In this document: in pieces, positions 51,236 through 62,477 of the stretch
How the letters are laid out: each line of letters opens with the position of its first letter
How positions within the stretch are numbered: position 1 is the first letter of the stretch
Source: Octopus bimaculoides
Lineage: Eukaryota
DNA: 64,000 nt
Assembly (NCBI RefSeq): GCF_001194135.2
Contig: NC_068989.1
Span: 86,091,611-86,155,610 of the forward strand
Reading direction: 5' to 3'
The notes under the pieces: generated by a model
What the model saw: the letters and a program-made list of their open reading frames with translations, nothing else
Databases searched by the model: none
Told to the model about the DNA's origin: nothing
Program-made: the position numbers and the translations under genes

Positions 51236-51450
51236 AAGTTCCCAAAACATTTGTGCATGCACATCACAACGATAAACATGAACACTCATACATACATACA
51301 TACATACATACACACATATATATACAGGGTGTCCATAAGGTCTGGGTACATGGAGTAAATAAAATCATGACATAAACAATTAAATATGAGAAATAATAAT
51401 TTCTTAAAGAATGTGTTAATCCCCATATACCCAGACTTTGTGGACACCCT

Positions 51451-51487
<37 letters not shown>

Positions 51488-51933
51488 TATATACATATGC
51501 ATACAGCTTGGATTATAAATCTACCTAAGTACTATCTATCTATCTATATATATATATACACACACACACACAGTAATCCTTTGCCGTATCATGGTTTATT
51601 TTAAGCTTACGTTGATTCCTCCGTGGTGTTGTTTTGCATTTTTAAGGGGCTGTACCTCTGAAACACCTAAGCCTTGTGTATAATACGCACTCCTTCTCTA
51701 ACTTGAGTCAAGGAGGTCTATATAACGTCCTTGGTTTGTAAATGTATATACAGTAGCTTCCTTTATTATTATTGTATATATAACATAATGCAAACATATA
51801 TATATAACATAATGCCTTTACATATTTATCACTTAGAAAATATTTTTCATTTTTAACCTCGTATATAGTACGCACTAGGGGTTTTGACCTTTAAATTTTT
51901 GGGGAAAAATGCAGATTATACTCAAGGATTTAC

Positions 51934-51982
<49 letters not shown>

Positions 51983-52083
51983 TGTATGTGTGTATATATA
52001 CACTTGCATTCACACACATAAACGTACATACTAATACACACGCACACACATCACAGTGATACATGGGTGGACAGAAATGCATG

Positions 52084-52148
<65 letters not shown>

Positions 52149-52557
52149 TAAACACACATCTATCTAGCTACCCAATGTGTGTGAGTGTGAGTGTATATAT
52201 GATATATATGTGTATAACAGAAGCCTCCGGTGAGGATCAGATGCATGATCCCTGGTTTACAAGACCAGTGCTCTCACCACTGAACTAGAGTACTGGTCTG
52301 GTAAACCAGGAGTCAGGAGTTCGATCCTCACTGGCAGCTTCTGTAACACCATATATATATATATATATTACAAATAAAAGGTTAAAGTATTATTAATTTA
52401 TTAATAAATTAATAATTAATAATTTTTACCAAGCCCTTCGGTATGTAAACACCATTATCGGTGAAAATCTTATTTAAAAGTTCTTATACATTAATAAACA
52501 TAATTAAGGGATCAGCAACAGTGGTGAAGCAACTGTTGCTGATCCCTTAATTATGTT

Positions 52558-52591
<34 letters not shown>

Positions 52592-55500
52592 CGTATCTAA
52601 ATATGTGTATATACATAGACAAGTGCATAGAGCTGTGTTTGTTGTTGTTATTTTTGTTGTCAACAATTATATTGATTTGCTGAAGCCTGAAGTGTGACAC
52701 CACTGGGGTTGTGTGTCAGTTTGTTACAGTGTGGTTAAATATTTTAATTTATGTTTTTTTTTTCTTCTATTTCTCTCCACCACCACCACCACTTCCATAT
52801 GATGTCACATGATATTTCACCTACTCCACTCAATGACCAATGTCCAACAGGGAAGGTCCTCAGTGAACTACTTGAGCCACTAGAAGTACGGATGCAGTCT
52901 GTCCGGGATTTCATTGAGGATGTCAAGCCAGGCACCAAACTGGAATTAGTGCCCCTGCAAGACATGTATGGACCGACGATCACCGATGCAACAATGGACT
53001 GTCTGGTGGTTACCATGGAGACAAGTAAAGGGGCTACAATGATAAACACAGAACGGTCAAAAAGGGTGATTTGTCTTTTATTTTTGTTTTTTGATACTTT
53101 ATATTTTAAATTTCATTGTTTTATTTCAAGAGAATACATGCTTTGCTGTTGCTGTTTAATCCTCAGGACAATCCTGATTGAGTAGGCCTATGATCAAAAG
53201 CTTTCTAGCTGTGACCATCCCATCTTTTACTGAGACACACTGACCAAGGTGTCATATGATCTAACATGTTCTATGCTAAGATGGTAGGTTATGAGCTGAA
53301 GAGATTTGGCTGTTATTTCCAGCAGATTGAATGGCCACATAGAGGCTCATTTTTTTTGAAGTAGTGTAGTGGTGTTTTCACTGGAGCACCTTTGAATGTA
53401 GGCCCGTTCTATCTAGGTTGACTGAGGGTTAAACAACATTGCATGCACACATGCACACACACACACACACACAGAAGCATGTGTACACTTGTCTGAGAAA
53501 TACTCAACCATTTATATGCTAATTCAATAAGTCGGTAATTCTCTTGATTGTCCATCCATCCATCTTCTCCACTCACCGTTCCCGGGGCCGTCACGGACAT
53601 AGTGTCCTCAGGCACCTCCTCCATAGAGTCCTATCAGAAGCAACTATCATTAGTAGTGGAGGTGCATGGCTTAGTGGTTACGGTGTTGGGCTCATGATCA
53701 TAAGATTGTGGTTTCCATTCCTGTACCAGACACTGCATTGTGTTTTTGAGCAAAACACTTTGTTTCACATTGCTCCAGTCCACTCAGCTGGCAAAAATGA
53801 GTAACCCTGTGGCAGACCAGTGTCCCATTCAAGGTAAAATACACAGGCCACAGAAACCAGGAAACCAGCCGTATGGGTCAATATGATTCCCAAGCACGAC
53901 CAGTTATGGATATTCAGCCATCTTTTCTACTCTAGGCACAAGGCCTGAAATTTTTTGGGGAGGGGACCAGTCGATTTGATCGACCCCAGTACACAACTGG
54001 TACTTAATTTATCAACCCTAAAAGGATGAAAGGCAAAGTTGACCTCGGCGGAATTTGAACTCAGAACGTAAAAGCATGAAATACTGCTAAGCATTTTGCC
54101 TCATGTGCTAATGTTTCTGCCAGCTCACCACCTAACCCCACCTCAATATTCTTTTCTGCTTTATGCACAAGGCCAGAAATTTTTGGGGAAGGGGCCAGTC
54201 AATTTGATCGATCTCAGTGTGCAACTGGTACTTAATTTATCAACCCCAAAAGGATAAAAGGCAAAGTTGACATCGGCGGAATTTGAACTCAGAACGTAAA
54301 GACAGATGATATACCACTAAGCATTTCACCCGCCATGCTAACATTTCTGTCAGATCACCGTTTCAGCCGTCTTGTCCTTCCATCTGCTGCTATGTTTGCT
54401 GCCAACTGGCATGACTTGGCTTGGAGAATCCATCTTGTGATTCTTTCTGGTGACATTCTAATCACGTCTGTAGTACCGGCGCTGTGACCTTTCAATGCAA
54501 AGATGTAGTGGCTCAACCTAGAGAGACTCCCTGATTGCTGAGCCATGCATTCTGTCTAACTCACTAAGTTTAGTTCAGTTTCTGTGCCTATCCTCACCGT
54601 TGGCCATAAATGCTGAGATAATGACCAAAAGAGTAAGAGAGTAAATACAAACAACTGAAACGGGATTCCTCTGAAGGATCTCTGGAATAATATCACTCAT
54701 TTTGTATACTGTTTATATTACTTGGTGTCATCACCGCACCAGTGGAGCACTAACAGCACTGTCGAGCGTGTCCATTGCCAGAGCAGCTGTCTGGCTTCTG
54801 TGCTAGTGGCCTGTAAATAGCACCATTTGAGTGTAATCATTACCAGCGTTGCCTTCTAGCACTTGTGCTGGTGGCACGTTAGAAAATCATTCAAGTGAGG
54901 TCGTTGCCAGTGCCGCTGGACTGGCTCCTGTGCAGGTGGCACGTAAAAAACACCCTTTTGAGCGTGGCTGTTGCCAGTACCGTGTGACTGGCCCTCGTGC
55001 CGGTGGCATGTAAAAGCACCCACTACACTCTCGGAGTGGTTGGCGTTAGGAAGGGCATCCAGCTGTAGAAACTCTGCCAGATCAGATTGGAGCCTGGTGC
55101 AGCCATTTGGTTCGCCAGTCCTCAGTCAAATTGTCCAACTCATGCTAGTATGGAAAGCGTACGTTAAATGATGATGATGATGATCTTGATTGTTGATTTC
55201 ACTACATTTTGGCTGTTGTATGCTCCAACCTTCTTCCGGTGTCTTCTGTTGAACTCATGTTGTGTTGAAATTTCGAACCTAACCCCTTATTTGATTCCTG
55301 GGTGTATGCGGTTCTCATTCCTCATCTCGCAAATATAAAATTATAATGGTAATCAATTGATCAAACAACTGGAATAGACACTTGAAATTGGCAAACACCC
55401 ATTTACATACATTTCCTACTTGGCTACTTTGCTATTACTTACATACCACACACACACATCCTATATATGTGTACACAAGCATACTTACCTATAGACATAC

Positions 55501-57026
55501 ACAAACTTGACTACAGACTCATTCGAACACACATGCTCAGGCATACACATGTACACACAGTGATAACCTTCCAACTTGTGTGCTAGACTTAATCCATAAC
55601 TTGGTCTTTAGATGTCCTTAGCAGAGTCTACTCTGTTGTTTACATTCTGATTATATTTCAAGAGTGTATAAGCATAGGATAATTTGGTATCTTGTTGCGC
55701 TGCTTCCTTCTGTTAAAACGTGTCTGTTGTGGCTTCTTCTCCTCTTGAGCCCCCAAAAGTGTTGAGGAGACTTTTTAAAAGGATCAAGGGTGCTGCCCTT
55801 CCTTCTGCCTCTCATTAACCAAAAATGTCTAAATAAATAATACGCTAACATAAATGGAAATACACACATACATAATATACGAACATATACATACACGACA
55901 CAAATACATACATACCACATAGATGCAGATACATGAAGACTCACACCACACAAACACACGTGTATACATATAAATGCGCACGCACAAACACACATCTACA
56001 TACAGATACACATGCACAAATTAAGGCGGCGAGCTGGCGGAATCGTTAGCCTGCTGGGCGAAATGCTTAGCGGTATTTCGTCTGCCACTGCGTTCTGAGT
56101 TCAAATTCCGCCGAGGTCGACTTTGCCTTTCATCCTTCCGGGGTCGATAAATTAAGTACCAGTTATGCACTGGGGTCGATGTAATCGACTTAATCCCTTT
56201 GTCTGTCCTTGTTTGTCCCCTCTATGTTTAGCCCTTTGTGGGTAATAAAAAAATAACAAACGCACACATGCAAGCACGTACACTACACACAAATACACAC
56301 CTTCCATTTTATTGTTTGTTTCATCGTATTTTCCCTCTGTAGGGTCTCCCTCCTTTGGAAGTTCGCATCATTGATTTACTGGACGAGGAAGCAAACACGG
56401 AGTACCAAGACCTTCTAGAACCAAAGATCAGTTCATCAAATGAACGTAAATTGTTACTGGGAACATTGATAAAGAAACCTGACGTAAGTCTAAATAAATA
56501 CGATTCTTCAACGCCTCTCGTGCCTCTTTCTAGAGTAATATTTGCTTCTCTCGGTGACTGTTTGTGTATTGTTTCCTAGATATGTCTGTTTACTTGTCTG
56601 CGTGTCTGCTGGTTACTAAGTCTGTCTGTAACTGCCTGTCTCTACTGGTCGCTGTATGTTTTTGTCACTGCTTCGTTCCCTCTTTCTCCTACCCACATTC
56701 CTGCTTTTTTGTGTCTGTAAGACTACCAAAATCTTGTGGTACTCTCTCTCTCTCTCTCTCCCGCTTTTACTGTCTCATGTCCGTCTATAAGAACTGTCTA
56801 CTGCACCTACTACATCTCTGAGATGCAGTGTATCCTTATCAGTGAATAAATCAGTTTCTAACGGCGGAAATTTCGACACCATATTATAAATAATAGATGC
56901 TTAAACGAAGTTAACACTCTTTGTGTTTCTGAATGGCTAACTTGACATGTGTCTTTCATGCTGCAAGCATTCTAGTTTCAAGACACGGTTTCGGATCAAA
57001 ACACTTGCTTGGCAAGTACACTCTAG

Positions 57027-57064
<38 letters not shown>

Positions 57065-57540
57065 TCTCTTACATTAGACACAACGACATTAATATGTATG
57101 ACCGGGTGTCTATTTTACAGGACGCCATTCACACCATTAAGTCAGTGCAAACAGCATCGTTTGCTTGTAGAAATGAACTAAGGTAACAGTTGTCTCCCTT
57201 TAATGCTTTCCTGTAAAACGAGCGAAAGCAATAAACAAAAATGAACCAGGATATATTTCACGGAAACAATCCATTCAGCTATTGGCACAAAGCCTGAAAT
57301 TTTGGTAGAGAGGTGACTCGTCGATCACATCGACCCCAGTGTTCGACTGGTACTAATTTTATCGAGTCTGAAATGATGAAAGGTAAAGTCAACTTCGGGC
57401 GGGGTTTGAACTCAGAACGTAACGAGTCGGAAGAAATGCCGCTGAACAATTTATACGACGTGCTAACGATTCTGTCTGCTAGATAATATACGACATACTT
57501 TTTTTTTTTCACAATATATATGTATGTATGTATGTGTGTA

Positions 57541-57573
<33 letters not shown>

Positions 57574-57645
57574 TTTTCTCTTTATGTGTGTATGAATCTG
57601 TCTCTCTTTATGTGTGTATTATACGTGTCTGTCTGCATGCCTGCC

Positions 57646-57678
<33 letters not shown>

Positions 57679-58408
57679 CAATATCTTAATGTAGATTTCC
57701 TTCATATATATTAAATATTTTACCGTTGCAGTTTTCTTCAAAACCAATTCCAAATTGGCCATACTGTATTGGTTTGACTGGTGGCATTGCAAGTGGCAAA
57801 TCGTCTCTGTGCAAGCGCCTGCAGAATCTTGGTGCAGCTGTTGTGGACTGTGATAAATTAGGTATTTCTTTCTTTCTTTTTCTTGCTCAACTGTCCATCT
57901 GCATTCCTCTACATCTCTCTCTACATCCAACCTGTTCACTCAAGAATCACCTGATGCCAGAGTTCCAACTATGTCTAGCACTCTTCCTCTTGCTCCCTCC
58001 TTCCTGTGACAATTTAGACTGGTGGTTCAGAACCTTTTTAAAATCCAGGCCAGACCCAAAACCTGGATTTTTTTAGGCCCCCCCCCCAGCCGAAAAAAAA
58101 ACAACTTTTTAAATGTCAGGCATAGGCGTGGTTGTGTGGTAAGTAGCTTGCTTACCAACCACATGGCTCCTGGTTCAGTCCCACTGCGTGGCACCTTGGG
58201 CAAGTGTCTTCTACTATAGTCACAGACAGACAAAGCCTTGTGAGTGGATTTGGTAAATGGAAACTGAAAGAAGCCCATCGTATATATCTATCTATCTATC
58301 TATATNNNNNNNNNNNNNNNNNNNNNNNNNNNNNNNNNNNNNNNNNNNNNNNNNNNNNNNNNNNNNNNNNNNNNNNNNNNNNNNNNNNNNNNNNNNNNNN
58401 NNNNNNNN

Positions 58409-58442
<34 letters not shown>

Positions 58443-59837
58443 GCATTCGCTCTACACTGAATTGTGGCACAATATGGACAGATTTCGGAGTACCGATGAA
58501 CTTTTATGTAAATATATCAAATTAAAGATTCTACGAGTTATATTACAATGGACAATACCAAATGGACTCTCACCTTTCATCTCTCATGTTTCTCCCTCTT
58601 TTAATTTCTTCTTTGTGATATAATTCTTGGGAAAGAATATATTTGCGGCTGAAGATAGCTTTATACTATCAATTATATACCAATAATGATGCAACAACTA
58701 TAAAGCTTGAAACACGTGTACCGCAGAATCCTTTGTTTTATTTTTATTTTTACGTTTTCAATTTATATATGTATAGCCATAAGTACCATAAGTACTGCAA
58801 TCTCTCAGCCTTTTTTCTCTCTATCTCTTCCCTCCTCTATCTCTTCCCCTCTGTCTCTCTTCTCCCCTTCCCCCTCTGTAGCACTCACATTATAAAACCT
58901 CTTTCTTCCTCCCTAGGTCACCAAGTGTATTGCAAAGATACTCCTGTCTATCATCAAATTGTGGAATATTTTGGCAAGGAAATTCTGGCTCCAAATGGAG
59001 AAATCCAGCGGTCTTCATTGGGGAAGATTGTCTTCTCAGATAAGGTCAGTTTTATAGTGACTGATTATTTTTTCTATATAGGCACAGGTATGGCTGTGTG
59101 GTTAGGAAACCTGCTTCCCAGCCACATGGTCTTGGGTTCAGTCCCACTGCATGGTACATTTTACTCTTTTACTTGTTTCAGTCATTTGACTGCGGCCATG
59201 TTGGAGCACCACATTTAGTCGAGCAAATCGACCCCAGGACTTACTCTTTGTAAGCCTAGTACTTATTCTATCAGTCTCTTTAGCCAAACCGCTAAGTTAC
59301 GGGAATGTAAACACACCAGCATCGGTTGTCAAGCGATGTTGGAGGAACAAACACAGACACACAAACATATACACACACATACATATATATATATATATAA
59401 TATTATTAGGGACAAAATCCAAAATTACAGGTAAAAAACTCAATTAAATTGGTTATTTTCCCTAAAACTATATATATATATATATATATACACCGTTTGA
59501 GTGTAATCGTTACCAGTGTCGTCTTCTAGCACTTGTGCTGGTGGCACGTTAGAAAATCATTTGAGCGAGGCTGTTGCCAGTGCCGCTGGACTGGCTCCTG
59601 TGCAGGTGGCATGTAAAAAACACTTTATGACCGAGGCCGTTGCCAGTACCATGTGACTGGCTCTTGTGCTGGTTGCACGTAAAAGCACCCACTACACTCT
59701 CGGAGTGGTTGGCGTTAGGAAGGGCATCCAGGTGTAGAAACTTTGCCGGATCAGATTGGAGCCTGGTGCAGCTGCTGGCTCTCCAGTCCTCAGTCATACC
59801 GTCCAACCCATGCTGGCTTGGAAAACGGACATTAAAC

Positions 59838-59868
<31 letters not shown>

Positions 59869-61759
59869 TATTTGTTCATATATATATTTATTTATTCATG
59901 TATATCCATCTAACAGAATAAACTGCACCAACTTAACAATATGGTTTGGCCTGCCATAGGAGTTGCTGTCAAAGAGGAAATTACCAAATTTGCCAAAGGT
60001 TGGTGACACGTACTTTTCTTTCCTGTCTTTCTGTTTATTTTCCTTTATAATTTGTAATTGTCACAACTTTATTTTCATTTATTTTGAAGGAGTTGGCTCT
60101 GTGTTTTATGCTAGAAGTCTATGTGTTTGTGACTTTGTGTTTATGTTAGAAATCTATGCATTCAGGTTACTTTCCTGGGCCAATGCCAGACATCCTGATC
60201 AAGTAATTTGGCGTGAATATCTGACCTGGGTATTAGTCACATCAGTCTTTCACTTGCTGAAATATGTCATCTGTGCATGCCACGACTACAGATGATTGCA
60301 GTGGCTCTCTAACTGAACTGGTTGAGTCTTTGAATTTTCTTCCTGCTGAATTGATGGCAGTGAACTTATCTGTAATTGGAAAATAGTTATATCCCCCCAG
60401 TACTTGATTGGTACTTTATTTTATCATCCTTGAAAGATAAAAGGTGAAGTTGACCTTGGCAGATTTAAATACAGAATATATAGGTACAAGAGGGGCTGTA
60501 TGGTAAGAAGCTTGCTTCCCAACCACATGGTTCTGGGTTCAGTCCCACTGTATGGCAACTTGGGAAAGTGTCTTCTTCTATAGCTTAGGACTGACCAAAG
60601 CATTGTGAGTGGATTTGGTTGACGGAAACTGAAAGAAGCCTGTCGTATGTATNNNNNNNNNNNNNNNNNNNNNNNNNNNNNNNNNNNNNNNNNNNNNNNN
60701 NNNNNNNNNNNNNNNNNNNNNNNNNNNNNNNNNNNNNNNNNNNNNNNNNNNNNNNNNNNNNNNNNNNNNNNNNNNNNNNNNNNNNNNNNNNNNNNNNNNN
60801 NNNNNNNNNNNNNNNNNNNNNNNNNNNNNNNNNNNNNNNNNNNNNNNNNNNNNNNNNNNNNNNNNNNNNNNNNNNNNNNNNNNNNNNNNNNNNNNNTAAA
60901 AATCATTAATGATTTTAACAGGGGGCCAGCGGGGAAATAAAAACCTTATAGGTAAATTTTACAAATATTTTTTTCTAGTGCATGGAGACACTTATAGCCA
61001 ATCCCTTGTTATAATTATGTATATAATTATTAAAATGTATGTATGTATGTTTGTATTTGTATGTCTGTGTTTCTCCCCCCCCCCACCTTTGCTTGACAAC
61101 CGATGTTGGTGTGTTTACATTCCCATAACATACCGGTTTCGCAAAAGAGACCAATACAAGTACTAGGCTCACAAAGAACAAGTCTTGGGGTTGATTTGTT
61201 TGACTAAAGGTGGTGCTCCAGCATGACCGCAGTCAAATGACTGAGACAAGTAAAAGGAAAAAATAAAGCAGAAGAAATACCACTAAGCACATTGTTCGGT
61301 GCAATCGTCATCATTATCGTTTAACATCCGTTTTCCATGCTGGCATGGGTTGGATGGTTCGGCAGGAGCTGTCCAGTTAGGGAGCTGTCCAGCTAGGGAG
61401 CTGTCCAGATTCCAGTTGTTTGTTTGTTATGGTTTCTATGGCTGGATGCTCTTCCTAACACCAACCACTTTACACTGTACTGGGTGCATGTTACGTGCCA
61501 CCAGCATGGGCACATTTATGCAGCAGTGGCACGAGTGCATTTTACGTGGCACTGGCACCTGTAAAGGACAAGCCTGTATGTATGGATGACAGCAGCATTT
61601 CATCCTTCTTTACGTTCTGAGTTCAATCTCTGCCAAGGTTGACTCTTTTTTCCATCCTTTTGGGATCAATAAAATAAGTACCAGTTATGTACTTGGGTCG
61701 ATGTAATTGACTAGCGCCTCCCCCCAAATTTCAGGTCTTGTGCCTATAGTAGAAAAGAC

Positions 61760-61813
<54 letters not shown>

Positions 61814-61976
61814 TGTTATTATTACAATATGCTTGCATAGATAGATACATTTTAACATTGTCATTTTTGTTACAGAAGGTAAAGATATTGTTGTCATTGA
61901 AGCTGCTGTCTTATTGGAAGCTAAGTGGACCCACATGGTGCATGAAACTTGGGTGGCCATTATTCCAAAAAATGAG
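50415..61976 (+). CDS. COASY: Bifunctional coenzyme A synthase (PPAT + dephospho-CoA kinase), 3'-incomplete; join(50415-51120,52851-53065,56343-56483,57732-57861,58917-59044,59917-59998,61876-61976)
   Basis: N-terminus [12 protein letters not shown]...NSLYIQLQP resembles metazoan COASY; PPAT motif [17 protein letters not shown] (HxGH), YGPTITD and KISSS; DPCK P-loop [22 protein letters not shown] and IEAAVLLEA. All introns are GT-AG with compatible phases (1,0,0,1,0,1,0). Total 1503 nt. Confidence 0.96.
51325..51451. mobile_element. Second copy of the 127-bp Tc1/mariner MITE, in COASY intron 1
   Basis: Same length and near-identical sequence to 43413-43539. Confidence 0.85.
51571..51937. mobile_element. 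Probable pogo/Tigger-like MITE
   Basis: Right end attatactcaaggatttacggta loosely mirrors left end cagtaatcctttgccgtatcat. Confidence 0.45.
52222..52287 (-). pseudogene. 5'-truncated tRNA-Thr(TGT)-derived sequence
   Basis: TAGTTCAGTGGTGAGAGCACTGGTCTTGTAAACCAGGG...ATCCTCACCGGAGGCT; perfect CTGGT/ACCAG anticodon stem with TGT; acceptor 5' strand missing and T loop decayed. Confidence 0.7.
52287..52339 (+). pseudogene. Second, further truncated tRNA-Thr-derived sequence (inverted partner)
   Basis: AGAGTACTGGTCTGGTAAACCAGGAGTCAGGAGTTCGATCCTCACTGGCAGCT; B box intact, anticodon reads GGT. Confidence 0.65.
52494..52560. repeat. Perfect 29-bp inverted repeat with 9-nt loop
   Basis: ataaacataattaagggatcagcaacagt / actgttgctgatcccttaattatgtttat. 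Confidence 0.95.
52851..53065 (+). CDS. COASY: COASY coding exon 2 (PPAT domain)
   Basis: caacag acceptor; (R)[13 protein letters not shown]...[18 protein letters not shown]...ERSKR; donor gtgatt; 215 nt. Confidence 0.95.
53659..53875 (+). mobile_element. SINE family E
   Basis: ggtgcatggcttagtggtt...ttgagcaaaacact...ctggcaaaaatgagt; related copies near 9940-10125, 15975-16127, 44040-44240 and 63400-63562. Confidence 0.75.
53925..54360 (-). mobile_element. Two tandem SINE family B copies
   Basis: Direct repeats at 53925-54135 and 54160-54360. Confidence 0.85.
54790..55185 (+). mobile_element. Family C (RTE 3' end) in COASY intron 2
   Basis: Ends acgttaaatgatgatgatg. Confidence 0.85.
55195..55420 (-). 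mobile_element. Probable Penelope-like element remnant with decayed hammerhead motif
   Basis: Minus strand CGGAAGA-AGGTTG-GAGCATACAA-CAGCC-AAAATGT versus CTGANGA-stem-GAAACGT. Confidence 0.45.
56024..56250 (+). mobile_element. SINE family B (young, CpG intact)
   Basis: ggcggcgagctggcggaatcgttagc...gagttcaaattccgccgaggtcgactttgcc...ggggtcgatgtaatcgac. Confidence 0.9.
56343..56483 (+). CDS. COASY: COASY coding exon 3 (end of PPAT domain)
   Basis: ttccctctgtag acceptor; [13 protein letters not shown]...[22 protein letters not shown]; donor gtaagt; 141 nt, phase 0/0. Confidence 0.95.
57282..57480 (-). mobile_element. SINE family B
   Basis: Reverse complement of 56024-56250, more diverged. Confidence 0.8.
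57732..57861 (+). CDS. COASY: COASY coding exon 4 (DPCK P-loop)
   Basis: ttgcag acceptor; [34 protein letters not shown]; donor gtattt; 130 nt. Confidence 0.95.
58917..59044 (+). CDS. COASY: COASY coding exon 5
   Basis: ctttcttcctccctag acceptor; [43 protein letters not shown]; donor gtcagt; 128 nt. Confidence 0.95.
59490..59868 (+). mobile_element. Family C (RTE 3' end) in COASY intron 5
   Basis: Ends acattaaacgatgatgatg. Confidence 0.85.
59917..59998 (+). CDS. COASY: COASY coding exon 6 (not in the ORF track)
   Basis: taacag acceptor; [27 protein letters not shown] carries the DPCK VWP motif; donor gttggt; 82 nt; phases fit both neighbours. Confidence 0.9.
61310..61590 (-). mobile_element. 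Family C-related RTE 3' end in COASY intron 6
   Basis: cgtttaacatccgttttccatgctggcatgggttgg...ggatgctcttcctaacaccaacc. Confidence 0.78.
61876..61976 (+). CDS. COASY: COASY coding exon 7
   Basis: tttttgttacag acceptor (tandem CAGAAG); (E)[33 protein letters not shown]; donor gttcgt. Confidence 0.93.
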
Positions 61977-62017
61977 GTTCGTGTCACTCTATTACTTTTC
62001 TATCTACTGTATTTTAA

Positions 62018-62170
62018 CATGTATAAGGAACCCCCTAATTTTTGGGGCTTAAAATTTGGAAAAATGGTTTTGTAAGGGATTATAAAACTATCCATGTTTT
62101 CAAACATGGGATTATAAAACTCCCATTTTTTCAAACATGATTTTTGACAAAAAAGGGGTCCTTATACATG
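62018..62170. mobile_element. Small fold-back/MITE remnant
   Basis: catgtataagga(a)cccc ... ggggtccttatacatg inverted repeat. Confidence 0.5.
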
Positions 62171-62477
62171 GGTTCCTACCCTCACATTTATTAGTCAGAA
62201 TTAAGCATACAAACTTGAGGCATGGCTATTTGCTATGAAGTTTGCTTCCTAACCACATGGTTCTGGGTTCAGTCTCACTGTGTGGCACCTTGCGTAAGTA
62301 TCACTGCTTGACAATGGGTGTTGGTTTATTTACATCCCATAACTTAGTCTGACAAAAGAGACCAATAGAAGTATTAGACTTATAATATTGGGGTTGATTT
62401 CTTCAACTAAATCTTTCAAGGTGATGCTCCAGCATGGCCACAGTCCAATGACAGAAATGTGTGTTATACATCATCAT

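Noticed and set aside
50373-51275. 300-aa ORF as a single-exon gene with a TTG start
   Set aside because: The true start is ATG 50415 and the frame splices at 51120; the remainder is intron read-through.
50876-51313. 145-aa antisense ORF
   Set aside because: Shadow of COASY exon 1 plus microsatellite sequence.
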